Notes under the pieces: model-generated
The model's input: only the letters and a program-made list of their open reading frames with translations
What the model was told of the DNA's origin: nothing
Database searches by the model: none
Assembly (NCBI GenBank): GCA_051530055.1
Contig: CM121341.1
Span: forward strand, 7,418,784-7,482,783
Source of the DNA: Neoechinorhynchus agilis
Taxonomy: Eukaryota; Animalia; Acanthocephala
Reading direction: 5' to 3'
DNA: 64,000 nucleotides
Position numbers and translations under genes: made by a program
Shown here: positions 38,601-53,415 of the stretch, piece after piece
Layout of the letters: the number at the start of each line of letters is the position of its first letter
How positions within the stretch are numbered: the first letter of the stretch is position 1

Positions 38601-41600
38601 TGCATAAAAATAAAGCAGTTACCAAGTGATTTTCAGTCAAATGAACCTCAAATGGATCATCATCAAATACAAATTTAAATTCGGCGATCGAAATCGATGT
38701 ATCATTCAGCATTTCTGGTTCGAGTGAGCTTGAAAGTCGCAGACGCCATAAATAAACGCTGAAAAACTTAAATAATGGGATGATAAACAGCGATAAAAAA
38801 GAAATAGAATTACCTTATCCCACACATCTCGAAGAATGAAATCATGTGGGATACTGATTTCCAGGGTTTTACATTCAAAGCATCTAAAATAGAAAAGTAT
38901 TTTGAAAAGAAAGCTATCGGACACACCTAAAGTACGAAATAAAGAACGGAACATCGATTTGAGTGAGATATGTCAGGAAGGTACAGAATACTGAACTTCT
39001 ACGTTGATATGGAATGACTATTTAATTGACCTTACAATCACTCCACAGGAAAGTATAGGATCAATACTCGTATTTCTCGCTACAGAATTGTAATATTTTT
39101 GGTTATATAGAATGCCGAACATGATTAAATAAATGAAGCTTGGAAACATTTATAAGAAATTTTTATTGGTCGGGATACCATAGACAAAAATGAGAAGCTT
39201 ACAACGCAAAAAGGATTCTCGATCACATGCAAGTTAGAAAAAAATCAAACATAGCATTTTCAGATTCTCGTAACCTGGCCAATTGAACTCGATCGGCGAC
39301 AGTCTCTACAAGAGAATCGGGTACTTGGCTCAACGCTATCCCAATCGCTTCTGTAGGTACATTTTTCCCCGACGAGACAGTAAGGATTGCAGTGTTCCTG
39401 AGACTTGGAGTACCGACATTTGTCGGAAATCAGGTGGGAGATAAGACAAGATGAAGTGAACGTGATTCTTAGCCGTGCCATGAGCTGAATAATCTCTGCC
39501 AACTGGATGGCCGCTGTAGACCGGTCGGTGACACAGTGTTTCCGTGGTTCGCTGCCAGCAACATAAAATTCGCCAATATTAAACCGGAGGTGGAGCACCA
39601 ACCGTCGCTGAAGATCGTAAAAGGACAAAATACAGGGACCTAATTCAAAAATCATTATTTTGTTCCCTTTGGTGTCGAGACAAGCGGGTTGTTTTGTACC
39701 GCGGAGCAGGACCTGGTCAAGTAATTTCCGAAACCTGAGATGATCCGATGCAAAACATAAGCCTGGCTGCGCGACGGTAGGGAAGGCTGCAATCGTTATT
39801 TCGACCATTAAACCATGATAGCAACTAGGTGATTCAGTACGGTGGCGTCGATGTTTGTAAGGTATCAAAACAATAAATTATAAGAAACTTAAAAAACCAA
39901 AAGTAAATATAACAAATTAGAATTGGGAAATTGTTTCGTTTCTGGGCAGTCAAAGGTCAACGATTACTAATTTGAGCATATATTTGCGTTTACCTGATGC
40001 TGCGATTATCCTGAGGTTTGCAAGTCGGTTTACAATAAATTTTTAAATCCTGAACAAAATCGGGTAAAACAATATTGATGGCCAAAACTTAATAAATATA
40101 CCGTGCATTTAGACAAAGTCACATTACCATGCGACCATTTGGCTTCATTTGCCGTAGTACTTATCATTTGCCCTCCAATAGACCAAGATGTTCGAATGTT
40201 CACAAAAGTAACCTTTATACTATTATGATAGAAACAAATAAGATACTTGTGCTCTTACGCTACTTACATTTCCATTGAATTAATTTTGGCTCCAAGCACG
40301 GCTTCGTTTTTTGTCCAGGCGGAAATATTCTTATTGCCAGAATATTTAAATCTTTCTGCGCTTATTTTAAAAAAGTCTATATGCAATATAAACAACATAA
40401 AATGAAGATACCAAAACTCACAATCACATTCTGCCATGCAATCTCGAGCAAAAAGCTCTAATTCTGGCGACCAAAGAATATACATCGTTTCTCCTTGGCT
40501 AGAAATATCGATTGCGTCTTCAGTACAGGCAATGACCACTTTGTCCACAATCATAACATCGCGATGATTTTGATGGACTCTTATTGCTTTAGTCTCAAAC
40601 AACAAACTACCATTCACAGTAATCTTTAAATCCATGAACGAGCTCTCTAGGAAATCTAAAATTGAAATGGTCTTTTGGTTTACGATCAAGCGATCGAGAG
40701 ACTTACCGCCATTGATGTGCATAATTTTAAAAAGAGTTTGATTAGACAGGAAATGGATCTCTGGTATTCGATTGCTAATAGAGCATCTTTTAAGATCTCG
40801 CAATTCATCAACAGATCGACGTAGCAACTTTGAGAACGACTTATCAATAGAGATGAGTAGGGAGCTCGAGTTTAAACTGATTTTGCCGGTACGATGCTAT
40901 CAATGCAAATTAAATGGTTAGTCCTAGCTAACTGGCAAACGCTTACTTCTACTCTCAAGGACTCCATCGTGGATTCCGACGTACCCAAAATTACCTTTAT
41001 CATGCGAGCATGTATTCTAAATTTGATTTCATGAACCGATAAAAGCAAAATACATAGGTGCGTGCGAATTAAAGTAAATTTTGTATATAAAACATGCTCA
41101 TTTCTATCAAATTGAAATCAATAGATCAAGAGATAACTACAAATTGCAGCAAAAAGTCGAATAATTCTTTTTTCAAATAAGCATTGCGGTGCAGCGGGGC
41201 AATGCGGCTAGCATTTTGGCCAGCGCCGATGAATAGGAGCGGCTTAAAAAAATATTCCTAAAAAACATTAATTATACTTTTCAAATTTTCTTAACCAATT
41301 TGCGGTGATGTAATGTCGCAAAGAATTACAACTATCTATAAGACGAAACTGTCAGCCATGTTATTATCGTCAAATTTCACGAGTTCTTGAATGTAACAGT
41401 TATTTGAGCATTGAATAAACTTAATACAAACTGCTAGTCGATACGAATCTTTAGCACAAACTATTCAAAAAGTGACTAATTAATTTCAATGTTTAATCGA
41501 TGAAATTTATAGGAACTGTCATGAATAGAAATCACCTTCCGCGTACTACGGCACGTCGTCAAATCATGAAGATAAAAATGAAGCAAACATTCCAGATTAT

Positions 41601-44100
41601 GTTTTAAATTTGGTTGGCTGGACCGGTTTTTTATGGCGGAAAAAATATCGATTATAGTGGCGATATAAAAATTGCGCTAAAAAACAAAACGAAGGTGTCC
41701 TATTTAATATACCTGAAGGACGTATCACTGAAAATAGCAAAATCAAGGTCATTGCTTCGTTGAAATGAAATATTTAAGTCTTCAGCAGAAATACAAATGA
41801 CCTCATTATCCATCTCATTGTTGTGCGCATCGACGGAATCCATGTGAGTACAATACAAAGGCTCTAGATGTCCTGGTGACTCGGTTGAATAAAGGCACCG
41901 TAAACGGTTAATAAAACAAAACAATGTGTCCCATTTCAACTTTGTTGTGCTTATCTGATCAACGGATAAATCGAACTCCTGCCGGCAATATGAAAACTGC
42001 GAGTGGAACAAATAGTAGCTAAGGTAATTAAGATCGACTTACCTTGGACTTAAGACGAAACAATCTTAGGATCTGGACAACATGACCTTGGTCTAAAAAT
42101 CGCTTAATATGACCAATCCTAACCGTTATATCCGTTGGTTGATTAGCTGCACAATCCTGACATGGACACCTTATGTTGACTAATACGTTGAACACCATGA
42201 TGTTCGAATCAGGCTTATCTCTAATTCCTATTCTGTTGACATTGAATATAATGTTTCGCGGTAATTTGGCCTTGGCAGGATGTGATGTGGTATATTCGCT
42301 TGAAAAGAATGAAGATTGTCCAATCGAATCGATAACATCGCTTGAAACGGTACATCGGTCCAGGCTTACTGAAATGACCTAAATAACGGGAATTCTGTAC
42401 TCGAGAAAAGAGGATTATTTCCAAAGAATATAGATCATTGATTAATACACTGTATTCATAATAGAAACAGCAACTCACTAGGAATTCTATTAGCAAGGAA
42501 TGACGGCAACTTTCTAATACTATTTTACGAATCCTGATTTAAAAATCCGTTCAATTACATCAATTTAAAATCAATTTTTAGTCACCAAAGCAAAAAATTG
42601 AAGAACATGTAAAGATTGATTTGAGAATTGTCTTGTTTCGAATTTAAAGTAACTAGTGAATATATTTCAATCATAAATTATAATCAAAAGAAATTCAGGA
42701 TATATATGGAAACTTCGTATTGCCACAATTATCCAGAAATCAGAATTCCACTGTACTTTGGTTTACCAACATTTCAATGGTACTAATTTTCATTCTTCAT
42801 GAAATCAAAATAACGAAGCAACTACAATCTCTTTTATCCAGATCAAGCTCTTCCCAACAAGATCGGTCGACATTGATAATTTTGTATCAATTTTGCTTAA
42901 ACCTTCACGTCGACTAACCTGATCGTTATTTGAGGCCACGCGTAGATGGTGAAACTAGACGAAACGTTGATTGAAGCTTTCCCCTTAGGTCGCAAGTATG
43001 GTACCTCGGATTTCGACTGATCTGGTAATTCGATTCTAACGGTATCGATCTTAATGCAATATCCTGACCGCTGCTCGCACCCTTGACAGTTATTGACAAT
43101 AATGCGTGAGCGTTCCTTGACGATTTGGAGTCTATCGATTTTTGGATCGAATACCTACGTGGAAGATAGATTTTCTACCTAAAAATCAAAGCCGTCGAGA
43201 ATCACACCTTAATTAACTTGAATAATGATACAAAGCTAGATTGATTTATCCCGGATTGGATACTGAAGTTAAATTGACAATTATGATAGTATCTCAAATA
43301 GAACTTACAATTCAATCAAATAGAAGGGTCGAAGTCGCACAGAGAGTTTGTTAAGGGACCAAATGTCGCCATCCACCCGAATTTTGATATCCGATAGTTG
43401 AGTTAATGAATTGAGAATTTCGCACTCAATCGATATCCCGTAAGCGATGTACAGTAGCCATTGGACACAACGAAACGTTATTCTGATTAGCAGTTAGAGT
43501 TCGGTATTGTCTTATCGCTCTTACCGGTATAGATTTATATAGGAAAGGATGATGAAAAGACTTGTGAGGAGAAATAGCCAAAATAGAATAGACTCAAGCA
43601 TTGAAAATAACTATCTGAAACACGCGCATTGAGGAGTCTTTTACATGAGTGACTGAAATAGACGCAAGCGTACGCATAGTGATTAAGTTGTGAAGTAAAC
43701 TCTCAATCTCACTAAATGGAATTTGATCAAGATTTTAAACATTAAAGCCAAGAGCATAGAATGAACCGAAAACTGCAGTAATGAGATACGGGTTTTCAAT
43801 GGGATTCAAATCATAGTCCAATTAAGGGCGCAAACAAATGATCATGAGTTTTCCACGGCTTCTAATAAATTTCATCGCTAAAAAGTTGTGCTTCATAATC
43901 TTTCCTTTCTTGAGCACTTGGCTTTCTGCAATAGAGACGGTCAGACTCACGAGAGCAAATAAGAGCCTTCCACCCTTCAAATAAAGTCCATTACAGGTTT
44001 TTCGAATGGCGAAACCGGTATCAGTGGAAGGACATCGTGATTCAGACCGCTAAAAATACCGACCAGTACAGTCGAAAATTATTGCGCGGAGAATGTACTA
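32641..44100 (-). CDS. BLTP2: Bridge-like lipid transfer protein 2 (KIAA0100/hobbit); 5' end not resolved
   Basis: DPSPRLSWWD..RF, NPYN, HDAYRLFRS, VDIVNDLLL, GGISIREHFE, LEYKNKTWTWHDF match the family as remembered; many short GT-AG introns; may extend beyond 44100. Confidence 0.85.
34384..34701 (+). CDS. Probable Tctex1-type dynein light chain, intronless, nested antisense in BLTP2 intron
   Basis: 105 aa; GKIIAE..W..ELGKKY..IVHCTITPKG..G..D..D..T..VYAV fits the Tctex-1 spacing pattern. Confidence 0.55.
   Translation: MIRSTAGIGKIIAETANRIDKDKNSKNEDSMWIIKELSSRISTELGKKYNCRDIVHCTITPKGQNGTVVYNGITGDLEQDSDEVHTATCRIGDFEVFVYAVLIRN
39270..39730 (+). mobile_element. CRE-clade 3' fragment in BLTP2 intron
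   Basis: GTWLNAIPIASVG..RIAVFLRLGVP; shares AGGACAAAATACAGGGACCTAATTCAAAAATCATTATTTTGTTCCCTTTG with the copy near 2280. Confidence 0.8.
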
Positions 44101-45832
44101 TGATCAAGAAAAATTTATTTTCCGAAAGCTAAAACATTTTCAATTCATTCTTTTCGTAGTAGCAAAATCGGCGACCGTAAATGCAAATTGCACGATCGCT
44201 AGTGGCACAATATAAGCAATGTATTTCTCATCTAATAGCATTCAATAGAAAAATTGTTCTAGAAATTTTATTTCTAATTGAAAGCAAATAATATCTTGAA
44301 AGGTGGATCAAAAGCATTTCTCGAAAATTACCAAAAGGAATGAAGCATTATCTGTTCGTTATCAACAAAAGATTTCTTCTTTAAATAAATTTAAGTCAAA
44401 GATCGTAGTCCATTCTAAATGCAATACTTTATGCCGAATACAACGAAATGATCGTTCACAATTTTAGATTATTTACATACCTTGATAATTGTTAATCATA
44501 AGAATCGATAGTATTGTATTACTACAACACATTTGGGTAAACTGAGAAAGGGAGGGATTTTAATACAATGGTGACTCAAAATCTAACCAATAATTTGAAG
44601 ACGACGGGTTCGGTTTCATTGAAACTGATAAATTCAGTAAATTAGCGTTGAAATTCTTAGATTGTAATTTTTGAAACATTTTTAAAGAATGTGAACTCCG
44701 ATGAAACGTAGACGCTTTCAGATTAGAAGGTATCATTGTGAACCATACTCTCGGTTTTTTTCCGAAGAATGATATGATTGTTACTGCGTTCGATTAAATT
44801 CCGGTTGGCACAAATGTCTGATAGTCTCCATTTTAAAATAGCACAAATACATTGATTTCACGTACATTCAACGATTTTTATGATACGAAAACAGATAAAA
44901 TAGGAAATAGTACTTCAAAGTCCCTTAAAGCTGCTGGTGGCGAGGAGAACAAAAAATTGGGGATTCAACAAAATCGTTCTTAAAAGTGTCCAGGATCTGA
45001 AACTGCACTTATTGAACTTGACAATAATAGTGAAATTACAGCAATGTGAGGTTCGGACGACGTTCCTTTGCTGGGAATATAAAAAGAATTGTCGAGGGAA
45101 GTAGTAGGATAACGATTTCCCTTAATAGAATTAGTGGTTTTTTCGCATACACTAACCAATAAGGGCAAAAATGCAGATTAAGTCGGTGATTATGCGAATA
45201 AATTGTTTTTTAGACAAATTATGCTTCAAATTTGTCTCGAACCTTTTGCATTCGCCTTCATTCATTTGTCGTAAATGCGCAGTCGAGAATGTTTTATATT
45301 TTTTACGCACAAGCGTCTCGATTGGTAACAGTGAAATGGGTTTGAAAGTTCGCTTCGAAACAACAATACATATCGTTTAATTGTTGGAGAAACAGAAAAT
45401 GAAATTAAAATTGATGACAAAGAAATTGTTTGGAAATGTTTAAGTACTAGAAAATTTCGTCTAATATCAACTAACTTACTGCTATAGTTGAATCAGCGAT
45501 GTTGAAGTGGCCAGGATAAGACGTCTATTGACTTCCTTTGTTTTAGACAACGGTCTGAAGGGATTATTTAATGTTCACAACGAAACACGTGAAATTGGTA
45601 GCAATCAAGAGATCTGTTGAAGCATTTAAAGCTTCAAACGACTATTCAAATGTGCTCATTCTTCTCTTTTGTTGTAAAATAGGAATGTCGAGCCGGGTGA
45701 CCCATTGATACTCGGTGACCTTTTTGTCACTGCTTACCAACCGTGAAAATATTCAAACACTGACAAAAGGATATTTGAAAGGTTAGAAGCGTTTTTGTAG
45801 TCACAACAAAACGTAATCCTTGGCGTGTCGAA

Positions 45833-46150
45833 CCTCTGAACAAGTGAGGCAAACGCTAAAACTAAAAAAAGCCTACTGTCGAGTCGTTAGAGCTGGTTCT
45901 TAGATAAAAAGCAAAAGAAAAAGAAGAAAGGAATGCTTAGTGCCTTATCGGGATAAGGCGCTACTTACTAAAAGCGCTGAAGCTCTCGTTTGCCTTCAAT
46001 AATGTCAGTATTTGTGATAGAAGAATACTCTGAAGTCGCTATTATTCCTCTAGCCTCTGAACAAGTGAGGCAAACGCTGAAACTACAAAAAAAGTACTGT
46101 CGAGTCGTTAGAGCTGGTTCTTAGATAAAAAGCAAGAGAAAAAGACGAAG
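45833..46150. repeat. ~100 bp direct duplication, 221 bp spacing
   Basis: CCTCTGAACAAGTGAGGCAAACGCT at 45833 and 46054. Confidence 0.85.
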
Positions 46151-47228
46151 TGAATGTTTGTTCTTAAGCAATCAAATAAAATTTGTTGTTTACGCGTGGA
46201 ACACAAAATCAATGAACCTTGAATTGAAACTTGTGGTCCGTCAAATAATAACAACGGATATAAAATTTATGTTTCCAACCGTAATGAATAAACAAAAAAG
46301 CGATTTGTGAATTCTCAATAAAACGATTTTCTCTTCTTCAAAAAAGATAACAAGAAACCTATTGAGCACTTTAATGGTTACTAATTGATATATTTCGCTC
46401 TTTTGAGAGTCATTAAACCAACTTTTTTGGTGTGGCCATCATGAATAAACGAGCAATCCGATCAAAAATAGTAACACAAATTTACAATTCGAAATATGAC
46501 AATTCAACATTTTATAACGAACACAACTTCAACTTTATCATCCCGAAGGATTTTCTCTTGATGATTTACAAGTGAAAATGAACTCCAAATGTTCACGTTT
46601 TCGATAACGACAACATCTTTTCGTTTTGATAAAAAATGAATAACTATGAGTCTCGATCTTTCATTTGTAATTCCAAAAAGGCTATTACGTATTATTCAAA
46701 AAAATATTTTAATTTAAAAAAACTCGCATTTAAATATTTTCTACTAACCAGATCATTTCACAAAAAAACAAATTTTATCATTGTGGATAGCGAATCCGCG
46801 TTTAACAAAATAAAATGTTGCCTTTTGATGAAATCGAATTAAACAACAAATGCCAACTAAAGTGTAGAATAAAAGCGCGAATCAAAATCTTGTGGCTTGT
46901 TGAACATTTCATCCGAAGAATAAAAAAACCGGATTTGAACATTTCAAATGCAGCGGTCGAAAATGTCACGATAAGGCGGAAAAGTTGAAAGCGTGGAAGG
47001 ATTGATTCTTTCCAGCAATGGGAAGACACCGAATATGTACTAATTGGCCAAAATATATAACATTCTGCGTACCACACCAGAACATTGGCTAACGTGTTGC
47101 GAAATTTAATACCGGCGGGACACAAAAGTGCCATTGGACTCAGCGATCAACCTTGCGATTTCTATACTTCAACGCAATGTAAAAGGATGGAACTTAACTG
47201 AATCCGAATGGAATGAACTCTTATATAT

Positions 47229-47900
47229 ATGAGAAATACGACTTTCGATTTCGAAGATAAGAGCTACGGGGAGTCCTCTTTTTCTAGTTCTCGCCCAATT
47301 GTTCATTCGCGATTGGGAGGCCAAGTACGTTTGAAACCTACCAGTTCGACAAATCCACAGACGGAAAAGTTTTCTAACATGCGGAATTCCAAGCACAGCA
47401 ACATTCAATGGCCACCGTCGACTCGGAGATTGAAAATTCGATCTGGTATTTGGAGGTTTTGATAACTCGACAAGCAGCGAAATTTGCAACAACTTTATAC
47501 AGAAACATTGTTATACCGACGGACATTGCTCCTTCATTCATCACAAAATGACCTGGATTAAGTCGATTTTTGATCGTAACTATTGCTCCGACCAAGATTC
47601 CTTCGATAATGAATTAGTTTCTTTGGAATATGATCAAAGGAAAGCGATAACCAATCGCCTTTATGGAAGGGCTTTCATAGGCGAACAATCTGATAAAAAG
47701 GAGCTGCATCTAAAGACCCGGATTATTGCATCTACACAAAGAAAGCTTAACCATTGAGCTCCAGGACGAAGAAACGAAAAAGCGCCGAACGCACTAAATC
47801 CAATGCAGGCCAAACAATTTTGGAAAGAAGAACGAAAGAACGTAAATATGCTTGAAGGAGAGGTACCGATGCCCGTTTTGAAATACTCAACCATTTTACA
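47229..47900 (+). CDS. Putative CCCH zinc-finger gene; structure unresolved
   Basis: Frame of ORF 47548 extends upstream through CNNFIQKHCYTDGHCSFIH (C-x7-C-x5-C-x3-H) from ~47485. Confidence 0.4.
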
Positions 47901-48361
47901 TGGGCAGCGATCTCGTGATAATGAAGGCCATATTCATTCGCCAGGTTGAAACAGTTGAAAGGATTGAGGTGGACTTTAAACTTAATCTAAGAACAATGTG
48001 AATTTAACTATTCTCTACGCGTGGGAACTTTAATAAAAGGCAAAAGAATGTGCCGAAATATCGGATTTATGTTATTGTTTAGGTCGCTTGTCGACACCCG
48101 AGGGAGATCTTTAAAGACGAATTTATTTCGACCGATTGAATCGGTCATTGTCAATTCAATTGTTAAAGTTGTGAGAGATAAAGTTATGTAGCTTTTTCGC
48201 ATTTGTTTTCGATTTCAAATCGAGTATTTCGTCTCAACATGCAAACATTTAAGATGATTGGATAAACATTTTTGTTTGTTCAATACATTTTTTGCATGTG
48301 CTCATAATTCAGTATTGTTGCTATCATGAATATTTATTTATTCTATTTAGCAATACATTAA

Positions 48362-48433
48362 TCCCAGATGGTCTAGTGGTTAGGATCCCTGCCTTTCACG
48401 CAGGTGGCCCGGGTTCGATTCCCGGTCTGGGAA
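48362..48433 (+). tRNA. tRNA-Glu (TTC)
   Basis: 72 nt cloverleaf, acceptor TCCCAGA/TCTGGGA, anticodon loop CTTTCAC, T-loop GTTCGATT. Confidence 0.97.
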
Positions 48434-49604
48434 TGTCGCAGAGGTTCCTTTTTGCATTTTTTCCGGGAATCGAGATGGAACTTTTTCGAGCACAGTTATG
48501 CAATCGGTATAATGTTCTCCATAAAACTCATTTTACAAATTATACATGAAATCCACACCAAAAGAGATCAAGTTTCAAACTTTGTTTTTTTAGATGTCAA
48601 AGTCGTGGGTCGTTCGAGAAAAACAGCATCCATCTTTCCAAGAAATTATTCTAGACATCTCTTTGGAAAATGTTCGATCCTCAACTCCAATCGCAATTCG
48701 TGTTTTTATTGTTCACTTTTCCAATGAATAACAGGAAGAGTATTTCCAATTTAATAATTACTCGATATCAAAGTGGTAATTATCGTAAATAATTTGGTAA
48801 TTATCATAAATAATTTGGTAATTAACTTTTAAATTTATAAGCACAAGGTGCTCGGACCCTCTTTTGAACACTCCTTCCTTTTAAAGTAGAAATTTATTCT
48901 TCCGCGATACAAGCGTCTTCTTTTCAATAGCAATAACGCGATTTGATTTTGGATACACGCGCTCATAAGAGAAAATGAATTGAGGATTTCTTGTCGTTTA
49001 AAGTGTAAATTCTATTTTTTTCGCGTATTAAGCTGTTTTTGAGCGAAAAATCAAACCGCTCATTTATATTGATTCATTGGCGTCTGAAAACTTCACATAG
49101 ATTTCATTTGATTTATTAGTGTCGTTGTTAAAATCTATGCACTCATTGATATGTGCCAAGGGGTTTAGGTTTCTGCGAATAAGACTCGTTTGTTCGTGGA
49201 TAACGAACCACTTAATCTTTTATTTGTTTCGTTCGTCAAAACGCTGTTTTTGTCTTTAAATTCACAGTCTCATTTGCGAAAGACTTTTTTCTCTGTCGAA
49301 TTTCAAAGACAAAACAATGCGGAGAATAATATACCACTCCAAATTAAATTCGGGCCTCCGTGGTGTCAAATAAACGGTCATCAGTCGCACTTTACTAATT
49401 TAAGTCCTTTCAATCGCTTAGTTAAATCTTTATTGCCGGTTTTCGGGGTTTATTTATAGTAATCCATTTAAGTGACCAAATCTAGCGGCAATTTTTTTTA
49501 ATTTCGTACTGATTTCAGAACGCCTTGAAATTTGTCAAAATCTAGACAAGCGATCACTGCTAAGTGGATCCTAACATCCATCGAATTCTGATTTGCCAAC
49601 AATC

Positions 49605-49800
49605 ATTGGGTTTTTTTGGCGAAGAAATTGAAATGATTTTATTTTAAAATCCGATATTTCGGCACAATCTTGTACGCCTTTATCAAAGTTGTTTAAAACT
49701 TACAAGAAACCTTGATAAAGGCACAATATTGTACCGAGATATCAGATTTTAAAAATAAAATCGTTTTAATTTCTTCGTCAGAAAACAACCAATATGAACA
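49605..49800. mobile_element. MITE family copy
   Basis: ~60 bp imperfect inverted arms including ATATTTCGGCACAAT / ATTGTACCGAGATAT. Confidence 0.75.
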
Positions 49801-50150
49801 ATTTAATCTTCAAACGATTTGTCAACAATAGAAGCCTAATTAATACCTTCTATTTGTGATGACTTATTTTTAGACCTATGGTTTAAACGGAAAGTTTAAA
49901 CATTGATCCATTATTGAACTGTAAGTAGTATTGAAGAGACGTAATTTGTCTCCATGCTCGTTAAATTCTCTTCTCTAACTTTCAACCAATCGCCAATAAT
50001 TGGATAAAAATTTCTACGTATTTGCTTTTATCAGACGCATATTCGCTAATCGTGAGTATTGCCGGTTTTTTGCTAGCGAGTGTTTTTTATAAATACAACC
50101 ATCAGGCACCGTAGTTAGAATTGTAAATAGCTAACTAATAAGCACACCGC

Positions 50151-51310
50151 TGAAGCTTTTCTTAGGACAAATTCTTCTTTTTGAACATCCTGCTCATTAT
50201 TCAAGTGTTCACTTCTAATCTTGAACTAAGAAAAGTGAACGGCTTATTTGACTTGACATCAATTCTCATGCCTTGTAGTTTTCTTCAAAAATAATCCGAC
50301 TATCAATTCCATATTCCCAAAATGGACTTGTTAATCTCTGAAGCTTTTCTTAGGACAAATTCTTCTTTTTGAACATCCTGCTCATTATTCAAGTGTTCAC
50401 TTCTAATCTTGAACTAAGAAAAGTGAATCTCGTATTTGACTTGACATCAATTCTCATGCCTTGTAGTTTTGTTCAAAAATAATCCGACTATCAATTCTAT
50501 ATTCCCAAAATGTACTTGTTAATCTCTGAAGCTTTTCTTAAGACAAATTCTTCTTTTTGAACATCCTGCTCATTATTCAAGTGTTCACTTCTAATCTTGA
50601 ACTAAGAAAAGTGAACGGCTTATTTGACTTGACATCAATTCTCATGCCTTGTAGTTTTCTTCAAAAATAATCCGACTATCAATTCCATATTCCCAAAATG
50701 TACTTGTTAATCTCTGAAGCTTTTCTTAGGACAAATTCTTCTTTTTGAACATCCTGCTCATTATTCAAGTGTTCACTTCTAATCTTGAACTAAGAAAAGT
50801 GAACGGCTTATTTGACTTGACATCAATTCTCATGCCTTGTAGTTTTCTTCAAAAATAATCCGACTATCAATTCTATATTCCCAAAATGTACTTGTTAATC
50901 TCTGAAGCTTTTCTTAAGACAAATTCTTCTTTTTGAACATCCTGCTCATTATTCAAGTGTTCACTTCTAATTTTGAACTAAGAAAAGTGAACGGCTTATT
51001 TGACTTGACATCAATTCTCATGCCTTGTAGTTTTCTTCAAAAATAATCCGACTATCAATTCCATATTCCCAAAATGGACTTGTTAATCTCTGAAGCTTTT
51101 CTTAGGACAAATTCTTCTTTTTGAACATCCTGCTCATTATTCAAGTGTTCACTTCTAATTTTGAACTAAGAAAAGTGAATCTCGTATTTGACTTGACATC
51201 AATTCTCATGCCTTGTAGTTTTGTTCAAAAATAATCCGACTATCAATTCCATGTTCCCAAAATGTACTTGTTAATCTCTAAAGCTTTTCTTAAGACAAAT
51301 TCTTCTTTCG
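50151..51310. repeat. Tandem array, 188 bp unit, ~6 copies
   Basis: TGAAGCTTTTC anchor every 188 bp from 50151; internal GTTCACTT/AAGTGAAC inverted pair. Confidence 0.95.
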
Positions 51311-52347
51311 CGAATCACTTCTGCTTCAGACTTCGGGGATTATGTTCCTAAGACATGTTGCTCAAAATACAGTTTTTACAATCCTCAATACACCATTATT
51401 CTATCATGTCGTGAGATGCATTCTACCTCCACCCTAATGATGTTTTCATATCCTTTGTTTTTTCGTGAGTTCCCGGCGTATGGGGCTCCAAACACAAGTG
51501 CATACATTTAATAACTCTCTCTTGTCTCTCTTATTCAAATTTTTATTATTGTTTTGCCATCATTGTTTGATTTGATTGATTTGTAAAGAAGAACAGGCCA
51601 CGTTGCCATCAAACAATACGGTACTGATTTCTTTGTTGGCGACGAGAACGGTGCCATTACGCTTATTTGCCGTGCTCGTTTTTACACTGCTGGCATCGAT
51701 TCCTTCTTTAGTCGATCATCGATCGCGGCTACGCATTAAAAAAATCGAATACCAATTAGGCAATCCGTAAGTTTTGATCGAACTTTCTTTGATTTAGTCA
51801 AAATCGAAAGTATGAATAATCGCGGGGAGGGATAATGCAAATGTTTGGAAAAGAAAAAACAGTCCAACTCATTAAGCAGCATGAAAGTAAAAGGTTTTTG
51901 ACGAGAAAAACCTGCCTCGAGCTCTAGAATGTTAATCAGCATTGGGCCGACGAAAAGAGAACGCACAGGAGTTATAATGGAGTTTCACATCTTAATTTAA
52001 GGAACTGTTGAAGCTTTGCTTCTTTTAAAGTGTATATCAGATAATCGTTTGTGGGCATACTCAAATTCGTTTAATTTTAATACCCTTGAACATTATTATC
52101 TCATACGTTGCTATGTAAACTGAAACATAATAAAATAAGTTAGGCGGTTTGTTAGATCGGCTGGTTCAACATCTAAAATTAAGGTATAGATGATAACGAC
52201 AATATTATAGAAAACATAGTTTTCGAGCGTATTTTCATTGTTTGATTGATCCTTTTCTTACCAAATCTATCCTTATTTCAGACGGGTACGACATTGTACC
52301 GTTGGAAGAGAACAATCTCACGAGCTCGTTTTTTAACCAAATTGTTC

Positions 52348-53415
52348 ATGTCCTCAATTCGATCATTTCCACAACATTCGACTACCCCCTTCCCTTCACC
52401 GGTATCTAAACCGACATTATGGAAATCTTTTGTACTTTTCCTGCAAGCGATCATACTATTTGTTGCTCGGCTGTTTTCAGCTGTTCGTTTGTTGGTGTAC
52501 AAGGAAATCAAAACGGTTCGTTAATTTCTTTATATTCTTTAAGCTAAAGACATTTTTAGGTTCGCGATCTCCACGTTGTCAAGTACCTTGATGCTCCAGT
52601 ATCACCAATCCTGTGCTACCGACTAAGTATGTTTCTCTATTTATTCGTAGTCGATAACTTCTATCTTCCTTTTATTTGAGAGATTTTTTACAGAGGAAAG
52701 TTTTGGTTCTTGATCTCGACGAAACACTTATTCACTCCCAACATGAGCTCAAGTTTACCAACAATGATGGCGGCACCGGTGGAGCAGTAGTCACCTCATT
52801 CGTCAGCGATGCAGCTGGTGATCAGTACATCAATCTTGCTCCGGATTTCATTATCGCTCTGACGGTAGAAAGACATCCAGTAAAATTTCTTGTCTATAAA
52901 CGACCATTTGTAGATTATTTCCTTGAAACTGTAAGTTTATGTCTGATTATAGATGAAATTACCTTTGGATCACAGGTCAGTCGGTGGTACGAAGTCGTCG
53001 TATTCACAGCCTCAATGGAAGTGTACGGATCTGCTGTCAGCGACTCATTAGACCGTGGACGAGGACTCATCAGTCGACGGTTTTATCGGCAGCATTGTAA
53101 ATGTCGATTTGGCACGTATTGTAAGGACTTGACGATTGTCAGTGAGGATTTATCGAACGTTATCATAATCGATAATAGTCCACTAGCTTATAAAAACTTC
53201 ACAGGTTAATTACTTCACAAATTCTCTTGCTTTTAGCTATTTTTAATGCCGTTTTAGCAAACGCGATCCCCATTGAGTCCTGGTTTTCAGATCAGGATGA
53301 TACCTGTCTATTAGATTTATTACCGGTGCTTGATGCGCTCAGATTCACTACCGATGTTCGGTCAATTCTTGGACGAAGTGAATTTAGACCGATCTACCAT
53401 AGCACTAATTATTAA
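52348..53415 (+). CDS. CTDNEP1: CTD nuclear envelope phosphatase 1 (dullard)
   Basis: N-terminal [57 protein letters not shown]; start may be further upstream. Confidence 0.85.

Noticed and set aside
38880-39060. Further non-canonical junction or in-frame TGA in BLTP2
   Set aside because: Several frames are plausible and I could not fix the true exon structure by hand.
899-39868. Antisense ORFs over CRE/RTE elements (e.g. 899-1279, 1818-2309, 29139-29711, 39260-39868)
   Set aside because: Shadows of retroelement coding sequence.
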